Positions 14,410 through 26,361 of a DNA stretch of 64,000 bases are shown here, one piece after another. The position numbers and the translations under genes were made by a program. How positions within the stretch are numbered: position 1 is the first letter of the stretch; each line of letters begins with the position of its first letter. The notes under the pieces were generated by a model that did no database searches, was not told the origin of the DNA, and saw nothing but the letters and a program-made list of their open reading frames with translations. Source of the DNA: Podarcis bocagei. Taxonomy: Eukaryota. Location: assembly GCA_964188305.1 (NCBI GenBank), contig OZ076886.1. One strand, 5' to 3'.

Positions 14410-14575
14410 CAGTGCTTTTTTTCTTAAAAAAAAAACATTTAGGTGTACTCTCATTTTGACTCAAGAAAATCACCATTTTATCAAGGGGGGGATACGGTAA
14501 ATGGACAAAAGTGCAAAGATTCACAAAATGTTTATGGGTATGGGTACCCCTGCGTACCCCCAGAAAAAAGCACTG
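14410..14575. mobile_element. hAT-family MITE with 8-bp TSD
   Basis: TIRs cagtgctttttt / aaaaaagcactg; TSD cctttcca at 14402-14409 and 14576-14583. Confidence 0.92.
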
Positions 14576-14739
14576 CCTTTCCAAACATGCTGTCTTCTGC
14601 CACTCCTTCCAAATCACTCATTTTCTATAACATGGCAAAAGAAATTTCTGTCTGCTTTATCATTTATCAAATCAGTCTTAAAATGAAGCCATGTTTAAAC
14701 ATAAGATAAGCCAAGTAAAAAACATTCACTTGTGTTATT

Positions 14740-17391
14740 CGTAGTATTTTTTTAACTTTATTAGTATAATTAGAATTACAGTATGACATAAAATAACGAG
14801 CTTTTGCTAAACTCTGTAAAGCATTACATGCGTCTGCCATAAACAACCTCTATTATAGATTTAGGTTTTATTGCCACATCACTGCACTGAGGTGCAATAA
14901 ACATTCAATGTCATCTTTTGTTTTTGTTTTTTAAATTATCCCAGGAGTAAACAGAAACTGTCCTCTATAAGAGTGTATCATTATTTTCAAGGAAGACTTA
15001 CTATTATTACATGGTTTAGCAAAGCACTGTAAAAAAGCTACATAGAGAGAATACCTTGTCCTTGATAAACTGTGCAATCAGGTTTATACAATATACTATT
15101 CACATAGACTAACAAACTAAGAGATGATATTATGCAGTCATTGCATAGCAAAAAAGCAGACTAGTTAAGTAATATTCACATCTAATGTGCAAAATGCAGA
15201 CCAAAAAGTAGCAAAATGGATAATTAGGAAGGTAAAATGCCCTGAATGAACACACTAGTTTAAACGCCAAAAATAACAAGATAAACAAATACCGAAGTTA
15301 AAGAGTCGTATTTTATTTTATTTTATTTTCTATACATATATCTACACATAATACCAGAAGATTACACATCCTCCTTTAGCAAGCTCCAATCAAATTCGCT
15401 CATCAAGTTTAGACAGGACTAAATGGTAGACAATGAAGCATTAGTTTTTGTTTAAAAAAAGTCTCCTTTTCTAAAGAAAAAGTTAACTATTTCGTTTTGT
15501 AGATACTAAGTGAGCAGCAACCTCTTGATTTATTGAGAAAGAGTATATAAAACATTGCCTGTAACATGTATAGATATCAAACTGACTATCTTATTAGCTA
15601 TTTTGATTGAAGGTCCATGTAGCATTGTTTTTTAAAATGCATTCACTACCATGTGTTATGGATTCTGAACCACTGCGTTAAATGCTTCCAAAATACCATC
15701 AGTGTCTCCAACATTTTGAAAATATCCGTCTCTGAAATTTGACTCCCCCCTCTTAAAATAAATTCTCATCAGAAATGAAACTGGCTAGAATTATTTTTTG
15801 AAGGGAATACTAATAACTTGCAAAATGGACATCTTGTATTTAAAGCCCTTACATATTGTTCCTACAAATATATTGCTACAGTAAAAATGAAATGTAATAA
15901 GTTTACTCAATAAAATGTATTTTCCTGTACATTCTTTTGTGTATGGTTTTTTTCTGTATTTAATGCTACATATATTACATCACTTATAATTAACAGTTAT
16001 GTATCAGCAAATATAGCAATAATATACAGATGATTTTTGTCTTAAATATTTTACCATTTTCCTACCAAATATAACTCCATATTTTTTTGTATTCACGCGT
16101 TACCTGAGCATACCAGTCTTAGCCTAATAATATACACTGGATGACAGCTTCAACCTGCAAGTACTGTACAGATAGCCACTTTACAAATGGAATTAATTCC
16201 AAGCTCTCCTCTTTGTCTTTCTTACATTTAGTCTTTTCATTTTCTTTCAAATGCCACTGACTCCTTTTTTGTTTTTAGCTGCAGGCTCTAAATATGTTTC
16301 TTTTTAAAATATAACATATTAAGAGCTTAGAGAGGTGAACCGTACACAATATATTAAGAACATAAAAAAGTAAAAAAATGTACAATCTCATGCTGTATAT
16401 TTACAAATATTATCGAAATAATAGATTTTGTCTTTCTCCTATCCTTATATTTCAATCTAAAGCTTTTAATGTACGGTTTTATAAAATAATACATTCAACT
16501 TTTCTAGAGCTTGCAAAACTGTGTTCTTGTGTTTTTTCCCCCTTCCTATAACAAACAAAAACCTAACCAAAACAAAAAATTCACCCTGTAAATAATCCAA
16601 GAGTCGATTTCTCTAACGCGTTAGAAGTAATTAGAGCTCTGCACTTAATGTGCAATAGATTCAGTATTATCAAGTCAAGTGACAATCTGATGCTTAAAAT
16701 AAGACTGCAGCGAGAGAGCATATTAAAGCATTCATCATCGTTAATCAAATGTGCTATTCTGTGATAACCTGTACCATTAGTAAGTAGGCTTCCTTTTATG
16801 TAAATAACATTATATACTTTTTAAACTGGTGGTTGGTAATTTAGGCAAAGAAAGAAAGAAAAATAAATCTAGGAAAAATACTGTATTTTCTGGAATCCAC
16901 CACTTTGGAAAGATGTATATATTCTATAAAAGAACTGAAAATAAGTAGCACTCCAAAAATGGAAAATACCATACCATATGTGCAACATGAACATATATAA
17001 AGACTGCTTTACCTTCTATCATTTTGCATAAAAATATTTCTCTTCTGACATGTACAGCATCTGTTATGGGAACATTCAGCAATAGGCTATCTACAAGTGA
17101 TTTGGATTTCTTACATTTCCCTCTCTTGTTCAGATTCACGGTTCAGAATCAGGTGTCTACATCACATTGTTACAGCCCTAGAGTACAGAATTAATATCTT
17201 TTCTATTATATATTTATATATATATATAATATACTTTTACTTCATAAAATAAGGAAATCTCAATTTCTTTTAAGACAGAGGCAATGAAGCAAATGGGAAT
17301 TGCTGTGTGTTTAAAACCAAAAATAATAATATTAATAAGACAATCCCCAGTGCAAAAGAGACTGAACAAACTATATATATGGTTAATGGGG
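14740..17391 (-). other. GABRA1: GABRA1 3'UTR (~2.65 kb, AU-rich, free of transposon insertions)
   Basis: Follows the stop codon; proximal part (ttgttcagtc...gcactggg...attcccat...attgcctctgtcttaaagaa) resembles the human UTR as recalled; ends at AATAAA followed by a GU/U-rich element. Confidence 0.8.
14757..14762 (-). terminator. Distal polyadenylation signal AATAAA
   Basis: tttatt on +; followed on the minus strand by GU/U-rich gtgaatgttttttacttgg; a second AATAAA lies at 14867-14872. Confidence 0.65.
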
Positions 17392-17709
17392 TTAGTGAGG
17401 AGGAGGGTTTTGGTCTTTAAGCTGGGGCTCTCTATTTAAATAGGTAGCCCAATACACTAAATTAAAAATCCCAAAAAGCAATGGGAATGCTATTCTTGAT
17501 AGTCGGTCAATTTTGCTGACGCTGTTAAAAGTTTTCTTGGGTTCTGGAGGTTTTGCGTCAGCTTTGACTTCTTTTGGCTCTATTGTTGCGCTTTTAGCAA
17601 TGGTAGCTAGTCCAGGGTCCCTTGCGATATTAGCGGTGAAGCTAGTTGCTGTCGCTGGTGCTGTGAACGAGTTGTTTTTCATAATCAGAGGATCCTTTAC
17701 TTTCTTTGG
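17392..17709 (-). CDS. GABRA1: GABRA1 coding exon 9 (M3-M4 loop, TM4, stop): [15 protein letters not shown]...[39 protein letters not shown]
   Basis: Acceptor ttctcattcctag|CCA; 318 nt including TAA; contains ORF 17392..17682. Confidence 0.98.
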   Translation of the reverse strand, partial: PKKVKDPLIMKNNSFTAPATATSFTANIARDPGLATIAKSATIEPKEVKADAKPPEPKKTFNSVSKIDRLSRIAFPLLFGIFNLVYWATYLNREPQLKDQNPPPH

Positions 17710-18335
17710 CTAGGAATGAGAAAACATAGACTTTAATCCAATACATCCATTCGACCATCCATTCAAATGCTTGGATGGCTCTGAGACATATGTATGCTTT
17801 AGGAATATGCAAAACATTCCTTTTGTTTTCCACATGGCTATTTCCATGTTGTAAAAAAACAAACCATGAGATTGCATTTCCTGGCCATTTATGCACAAAA
17901 GCAGATGTGCACATTTAGGAAGGGCAAAATTTTCTGATATTTGTTTAAAAGTCATGGGGAACTTTAAATACACATGTGTTGATGGGAATGTATATATGTA
18001 GGTTGTTTTATATAGATAAGTTTGTTTTAACAGAAATTTGTCTTGTAAGCATGGGTGCATCCTTTCCCATAAAAATGAAAAGGCTCTTTGATAGAGTAGG
18101 ATGTAGAAGAAGGGGATACCACTGTTTACACAATTCCCTGAGAGAAAATCAATTTAATTTAGTGGAATTTTATTTTGAATAGACATTCCTATGATTGCAC
18201 AATTCCTATTATGCATGCCCCCCCATTTGAAATTCTACCTAGATTATATTGTTCACCTAATCTCCCATTCTATACATGTTGTTTTGCAAAGCAGCTTCTG
18301 AGCTACAGCAGCAGACTTTGTAGTAAAAGCATTGA

Positions 18336-18336
<1 letters not shown>

Positions 18337-18389
<53 letters not shown>
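18337..18389. repeat. (TTA)n microsatellite in the last intron
   Basis: Read directly. Confidence 0.98.
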
Positions 18390-19475
18390 GCCTGTAAAAG
18401 CTCATAACAGTTCTTTGCTAGCCCAGTGCATTACATTACAGCACTGCATATGAGAGGGCTAGTAACTGGTTGGCAGCCATGTATAGAAATGGAGGAAGTG
18501 TCACTTCTATGTTTGCCAAGTGCACCTGAGCACAGAGATGTGTGGCAGAACTACACACATTCATTTTAGAAAAGAACGGAACTCTAGATGAGAGAACTCC
18601 ATTTTCTTCATTCATTTCAATTAAATGAATGGAAATCCAAATGAACAAGCTCCAAATGAAAAATCCATTAGTTTGCCATTAGTTCTATTCATTTAATTGA
18701 ACTGGAAGCCTGGAAAGGCCTGTACAGACCATAGAGATGTCACATGTAGGAGAAAAGAGGCAGAGAGCAGTGAAATGGACAGAGGTGAATGCTGTCCAGT
18801 CTCTATCCAACCCCTTGCCTACTTATTTTTAAAAAAACCTTTTGGCATCGTCAGCAACGTGCAGTCTTCTGCCAACATCGCAATTTCCCCCAGTGCTATT
18901 ATTTTCAGACTCAAGGGTCTGGATGGCACGTGCATATACATCTCTTGATGTCTTGTGATTTGATGAATCATCCCTTGGTGGCTCACTGCTGAATGTCCAA
19001 ATTTTCTCAACTGAAAAGTCTTATTTTGACATGGCAACAAGGGTGATATGCAAGCTGTCTTTGAGGTGCTGAATTGATGTTAGCTGTTTCACACATATAT
19101 GCAATTGCTCAGCAATTCACATGCGTATGTGTGATTCGCTCTTAGCTGCAATCTGAAAAGGAGCTGCAGTAAATTCCATATTTCAATGCAGATATGAACT
19201 TTTTTTAAAAAAATCTTAATGGGCTGCTGAATTTATAAAGAAGTTGCTTGTTAATGTTGAAAGGGAACTGCTAGCATCTGAGTTGTAACATCTTTGGGAG
19301 GAATTAATGATACTGGATTCCTTGAAACAGTCCTAATACAAGGGGGAGGGGCAGAGAGAGCAAATTGAACTCTGAGGGGCTTACATTTGAATGAGAATGC
19401 TTAGGACAGATTATCAAGTTCAAGCACTTTGGTTCTGTAGGATCATGTTTCCCATGCAATGTGTACAGTGGGTCA

Positions 19476-20055
<580 letters not shown>

Positions 20056-20864
20056 TCAACTGTAGTTAGTTACAGACGTCTTCAGGTTTGTTTAGCAATA
20101 CCATGGTCCTTTTTGTAATACAAACATTGGATTCACCAGCAGGAGCATCCCCTGACCAGAGTTCCACTCGGGGTGTGTTCCAGCAAGCAGTGCTGCAGAG
20201 TGTGGCTTTTGTCTTCTACCCCTCTAGCACTCAATGCTACCTCTCACACTGTCCCAGATGTTTGGAGAACCCTTTGGATGCATGTGAGAAGTGGCACTGG
20301 CAGCCACCAAAGGAGGAGGGATTGGCAAAAGTTGTTTCTCCCACTTTGCCTGGGGGATCCCTTCCCTGGATCAAAAAACTTGAGTCCGCCAAAGGAGAAG
20401 TCTGGACCAGATATAGATGTAGGAACAGATCAGTCAAGATCAAAAGTGCTACTTTAGAGTGCCCAAGGGCTTGTATGTTTGTGTGTGTGTGTGTAGGAGG
20501 CATTGCTGTGGGCAAATCCTAAATCCAAGCTCTCCTTGACACATGGAAGGAGTTTCAGATACCTCACATCCTAGCTAGAGATAAAACTTACTGAGTGACA
20601 GGCATTATTTTCATTCAGGTATTCTCAATTTTTATTGGATTTGAAGTTTGTTTTAAGCCTGTTTTTCTTGTTAATTGCTTTGTGATGTTTTATGGGGAAA
20701 GATTCATAAATGAAACAGATAGTATTGAACATGTGCAGGGTAGCTACTTTTATATATACCACACCATCTTGTGCATGTTTACATCAAAGAAATTTCCACT
20801 GTGGGCAATGGTGCTTGCTTCCAGGCAAATGAACCCAGGATTGCAGCATTAGATGTTGCAGTAA

Positions 20865-20930
20865 CATAGAATCACAGAGAGTTGGAAGTGACACGAAGGG
20901 TCATCTAGTCCAATCACCTGCAATGCAATG
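20865..20930 (-). mobile_element. CR1 3' terminal fragment
   Basis: catagaatcacagagagttggaag...ggtcatctagtccaa, the reversed CR1 tail. Confidence 0.7.
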
Positions 20931-23212
20931 CAGTCACCTGATTTATGGCAGTTCCCATGCTGTCTATCTTCCATAAATACTGATGATAGGAAATCATCAG
21001 GTTGCAGCTGGAGAAATCAAGTCATATCAGGATTGCCCCTGACTACTGGACAGGGTGAGGAAGTCCACATGAGAGGACAGAAGGTAACCCAGTTTAGGTG
21101 TTAAAACTATTTGAAAACAGAACACAGAAACAGCGGGAGTGGGGATGAGCACACCATCTCTGCTGCTCTCTCACCCCCTGCCCCTCATCACCTCCCACAA
21201 ATTTTGTGCCTCACAGCAGGGAGCCTCTTATACTCCAGGCTCACTGTGCAATGCTGATATCTGGAAAATCAGGGTTTTACATCATGTGGAGAAGCGTACT
21301 TGTCCCCACTCTCCTTTCCCTGTGGCCTGGATTACTATAATTCCTGAATAGGACTCTTGCTGTACCATTGAACTGGCAAAATGTCAGTTAATTGGATGAT
21401 TGTGATGGTTTACCACTAGGGGATGCCATTTGGATTTTTCTGCCTGAGGCACCAAAAACATCTTGAGGCAATCCTGATTGGAATCACATCCCTCTTGGCA
21501 TTTGAGGCAAATTACAGTTATGGCTATGCCTCAACTGGACGAGCCAGCTTAATGGTTTTCAGATGAAATGAATAGTCCTTTCCATTTGTCTTCTTGTTTC
21601 TGAGCCCTATCTCGCATGCTGCAGCAACATTTTCAAGCTGTTCTCCACAAGCTTAAAGACTAATGCTGATGAAATAAGAAAAATATTGCTAATGTTGATT
21701 AAATAACAGGGGAAATGCCACTGTGATCATATACTTTGCATTTTGAGTAGTGATGTTGCTCACCCGCCACTGAGCAATTTTATTTTAACTAGCTGCTGCG
21801 CTTTTACTGAAAGTGAGAGGTCTGTATCTCTGTTGCATTGCTTACCGTTGCGTTAAATCACATATTCACCAGTTACCTTGACAACTGCAGACATTTCATG
21901 TATTAAATCTCTGCTGCAGTATATTTCCACTGTGTCAAGTGTTAGCCAAAACACAGAGCAATCAGAAATATCTTGCACTATCCATATTCAGATGCATTAT
22001 TTATTGTCAGAGGGGGAAAATAATATGACCTTTCAATTATCAGTCATCCCTATTCTGAAATGTCTCCAACTGCATAACGATTTGTGTAGAAAAAACTGAC
22101 TTTAAGGCTGTAGTCCTGTCCAGCACAATCCTATGAATGTCTGCTCAGGCCCGTTAAGTTGCTTATACTCTCATGTAAATGTGCATAGGATTGGAGCCTA
22201 AATCACAGAGAAGTAAATGGAATTTAAGCACCCTGGTCACTCACAGAATAATGAATCAAACTCTGCTGTTTGTTTCTGTGTGTTTACATTCATATGAAAT
22301 ATTTGGAGGTTTTCCTTTTCCATGATAGCTAAAATAAAGCTTTAGAATGGAAAACCTAGTCAAATGCAATATATATAACCTCCCAGAATGAATTGAATTG
22401 CTTTGTGCAGCCTTCCTTAACTTGGTGTTTTGCACTGCCATTCCCACATACAGCAGACAATTGCATACAATTCTCATCTGGAGAGCATCCAGCTGAGAAA
22501 GGAGGCATTGTGTCAGGAGCTACTGACAGTGTCTCATAGAATCCTTCATGGAAGCCCCATCACCAGTAATGGACCAAACCCAAAGAACAATGCTGTGCAT
22601 GCTAGTCCAACTCCTGCTGCAGCATCCCCTGTTGGCACCACTCCCACACTGCCCAGCCGTACAGAGCTTGCCTGTTCAACAGGGAAGCCTGTTGAACAGA
22701 CAGAAATTTTCAAGTGCTTAGGACCCTGATCACGCAGGATTGTGGAAGGCCTACCTACATTCAGCAGGGATCCCATCAGTGGATGAGCTGCTGGTGCCTG
22801 GAGAGCATGGGGCCCACTCTTGGTCCATGCAATACTTTGTGCATTGCACAATACAGCCATAGACTTCACAGACCGGCATTTTATTGGTTTCTGTGGTCCT
22901 TGTCTTGCTATTGTCTAACACCATGATATTGCCACAGAAGCCTGGAGATAAGAGGTGCTAAAACACTGGTTGAGGGAAACTGTTCTCAATTATTCTGCTT
23001 ATTACAAGACCAGAGCAGGCTGGTCCATTAGGGCAATTGAAGAGCTGCCCCAGCAACTTCAGCCAGCCCCCAACCGGCATGCCTTTTACTAACAATCAAT
23101 CAGGAAGTAGCTCTGTCCGTCACTGCCTCTGACTTCACTTATGTTTGGTCTCCCTGACTTTCGCCCTTACCAGTCGAACTGAGCACCAGTCACCAGTGTA
23201 CAAGACACTTAC

Positions 23213-23365
23213 CAAAGACAGTTCTTGCTGGAACGGATTCTCTGTTGAGCCAAAAGGATACCTGGGATAGAATCACTGTCATAATGCAGGGCAGGTATGT
23301 TTGAATGACAAAGTAACCAATCTTTCTCTTCAAATGGAAATGGGTCATCATCACAACATACTCTC
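23213..23365 (-). CDS. GABRA1: GABRA1 coding exon 7 (loop C end, TM1): (G)[50 protein letters not shown]
   Basis: Acceptor cccattcag|GA, donor G|gtaagt; 153 nt, phase 1 to 1. Confidence 0.97.
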
Positions 23366-23818
23366 CTGAATGGGAGGGGGGAAACCCAAGAACGAAACGT
23401 CAATGAAATTCCTATGGGACAACATGCTTCAAATTCACTGAACAGAAATCATGCAGAAACTAGTATACTTTTTGTGCGTGGGATATGTTGTTTATTGTTT
23501 TTGCAACAGCTAGTCAAGAAATTCAGGAAAGGTTAAGAATTCCAAGCTTAGACTTTTGGAAGTGGAAGTGTTCTCCCCCCCCCAAAAAAAAATAATAATC
23601 TAAGAGGCTTTAAAGGTAAGATACATCATGCCAAGTGATTTAAAGCTGCACTTTCCATCATCTTAAAATTCCATTTGGATAGATTTTGCCAGTGACCCCT
23701 TATTTCTTGTTTTTCTCCTTCTCCTGATAGGGATAAACTCAGCAGAAGCATCTTGCTCTCTGGACATCTTCTGGAGAGTATCTGCTCTTTGCTTATGGGA
23801 TATCGTGGCTTGGATTGC

Positions 23819-24050
23819 ATAGATAGATAGATAAATTTATTGTCATTGTCCATATATACACAGTATACACAACAACGAAAATCAAACACCCACCCAAAGA
23901 CCGGGTTCACATATACATTTGCACGTATCTCCAACACTCTCATCCTATTCAGACATAATCTATAAAACATAACATAATCCAGAATATAACATGACCTATT
24001 AAGGCATAACATAACCTAAAACCTAAAACATAACCTAAAACCTATCTCAT
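23819..24050 (-). mobile_element. Rex1/Babar-like LINE 3' tail
   Basis: ttcgttgt...gacaatgacaataaa followed by a (CTAT)n tail on the minus strand; internal cataacctaaaacct tandem. Confidence 0.6.
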
Positions 24051-25264
24051 TCCTTCCTACTCTAGATCAGGTTTCTGCTACCTTTGGATCACCGAGCTGA
24101 ATACGGCTCATATGCCCTGGTTGGCAGTGTTGTCCCAACAGCAGCAAAAATGCAGCTTCTTGTTTTTGTTGCATTTCTAGGACTGCAAAAATAAGGGGAG
24201 GTCATCATGTATCTGGGATGGTCACTATTCATAGCTGGTAGATTGGGTTCACCTTGGTCATCTCAAGTTGTGCAACCCTGGCGTAGATTGACATTTGAGG
24301 GGTTTGACTGGGCTGACTTTGTTTTAGGAGTGGTGATTTGCCCAAATGTCCTTCAGACCCTACCTATATCTGGTTTTTATAAATTAGTTTCCTGGCTTAG
24401 CTTTCCTCTTTTTAAAAGGGCAAATTGTTCAATGAAAATCACGGTGGCATCCGATAACTATTTAATGGCCCTTGTGAAATGGTGTTTTCCAGAAATTAAG
24501 CAAGCGCCTCCTTTTTAATCTCATCATTTGTGACAGTTAGTTGAAAATTTAATATCTGGAAAAGATCAAATTCCTTAGGGTGTCTAATAATGTGGTATTG
24601 TATTCGGCACAGAGAGAACTGAAACAAAACAAATGTCAGCAGAGAAAAGAAACGCGAAGGTCTGAAATCAAAGGAAATCATCTCCTCAAACCAGAAATGA
24701 TGCATAAAATAGTTCTAGATCTTTTTGAGCAAGGGCCCCCAATCATGTCCCAATGTGAAATGGAGGGTGGTTTATATGTGTCCCACTCTCTATAAGTAAA
24801 TATAAGCCAATACTTAAGAGCAAACCTAGTGGTCTTTGGTGAAGCATCAGAAGGCACATTCAGCCAGTTTAATGGGGACTAGTGCATGGTGTGTGGGAAT
24901 GCTCATACAGATGTGAAACAGATGTGCAAAGAGTGTTTTCTAGGCAATTCCTACCCATCTTACTCCAAAATATATGCCAGAAGCAAAAACAGTTAAGGTG
25001 TTTAATACTACCAAGATCTGAAGTTGCACAGCAGCACTCTATCTTTATTTAGTCTAGCAAAGTATAAATTAATTTGCAAGGATACAGAATTATTGGGCGC
25101 AGGGGGAAAGCAAGTTGCTGGAATGCACTGATTTTAGAGATTCTCACCTATTCATAAAAATATTTGTTCAGTTTCATTCTTAATGGTTAAGTAGGTTTTG
25201 CACAAATACTTCCTCAAAATGTTGCCAAAAAATGATCCAGGGAGCACTGGAAGGCTTTGCTTCA

Positions 25265-25400
25265 GTGAAAGGCTTGTGAATCCAGGATTGTTTAGTGTAT
25301 TAGAAAAAGACAATTTAAGAAAGAAAATGATATTGATTTATATTATCTACATGGTGAGGGGGTCACTTCAGGAAGCATGAATCTGTCTGTTTCAGATCAT
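25265..25400 (+). mobile_element. Old CR1 ORF2 C-terminal remnant
   Basis: ERL..PGLFS.LEK...R..MI..Y motif. Confidence 0.55.
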
Positions 25401-26057
25401 GTTACTTTTGCATGTTACCAATCATTCCATTCACCATGATTCCATGTTAATCTGCCATTTTGAAATTCATCTCAAAATATGTCTTTTAATTAAATGCAAT
25501 TAGCTTTGAATTATCATTTCAAAATATGTATTTATTTCATATTATATGTAAATGAATATTTTGATATGTTTAAACCACTGAGAATATTTGGAATGTTGCA
25601 AAATATGGCGGATAGCTAAAATTCTGTGTTACAGATTAACCAGAGAGGTGTGGGTCAGGTCATTTTATATAAAAAAAACATCAAGAATCTCTGAGGTATT
25701 TCAGTGAAATTGATTGACAACAAGGTGAGCAAGATAATTAATTCATGGAATTTATTCACTGCTGAAGACACTGCAATGGCCTCTAGGTGAAGTGGCACAA
25801 AAGGTAAATGTGTTCTCTCTCCTACATAGAATTTTGAAAAGGCAAAATATCTGCCTTTGACCTTTCTTTTGTTATGTAAGTGCCAGGGTAAATCACATTA
25901 TTTAAAAGGTGGGCCTTCATTAATCCTTTCGTTTCCCTCCCCAACATATATTTTAATGGTCATAGTTCACTCTTCAATTTCTCTGAGTCTGGTTTGGAAT
26001 GGTTTTTTTTTTATTTAATGACTCATCTACTGTGTCTGCATATGTAGATAGATGGAT

Positions 26058-26184
26058 ACTGTGCTTTTCCTGGGGGGTATGCAGGGGTACGCATACCCCA
26101 TTTGTGAATCTAAGTTTAGCCTCATTGAGGGGCAGTATTTCAATATGAGTAGGAAAATGAGAGTACCTCTAAACATCTTTTTAA
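26058..26184. mobile_element. hAT MITE, same family as 14410, opposite orientation, runs into the gap
   Basis: gtgcttttcctggggggtatgcaggggtacgcataccc and aaaatgagagtacctctaaa match the reverse complement of the 14410 element. Confidence 0.8.
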
Positions 26185-26361
26185 NNNNNNNNNNNNNNNN
26201 NNNNNNNNNNNNNNNNNNNNNNNNNNNNNNNNNNNNNNNNNNNNNNNNNNNNNNNNNNNNNNNNNNNNNNNNNNNNNNNNNNNNNNNNNNNNNNNNNNNN
26301 NNNNNNNNNNNNNNNNNNNNNNNNNNNNNNNNNNNNNNNNNNNNNNNNNNNNNNNNNNNNN
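26185..26361. other. Assembly gap (177 N)
   Basis: N-run truncating a hAT-type MITE. Confidence 0.99.

Noticed and set aside
17755-17778. CCATCCA/TGGATGG 7-bp hairpin near the last acceptor
   Set aside because: Arises from a degenerate (TGGA)n tract; short stem expected by chance
21856-21880. TGEYVI peptide resembling loop C, suggesting a retrocopy fragment
   Set aside because: Only six residues with no flanking similarity; probably chance
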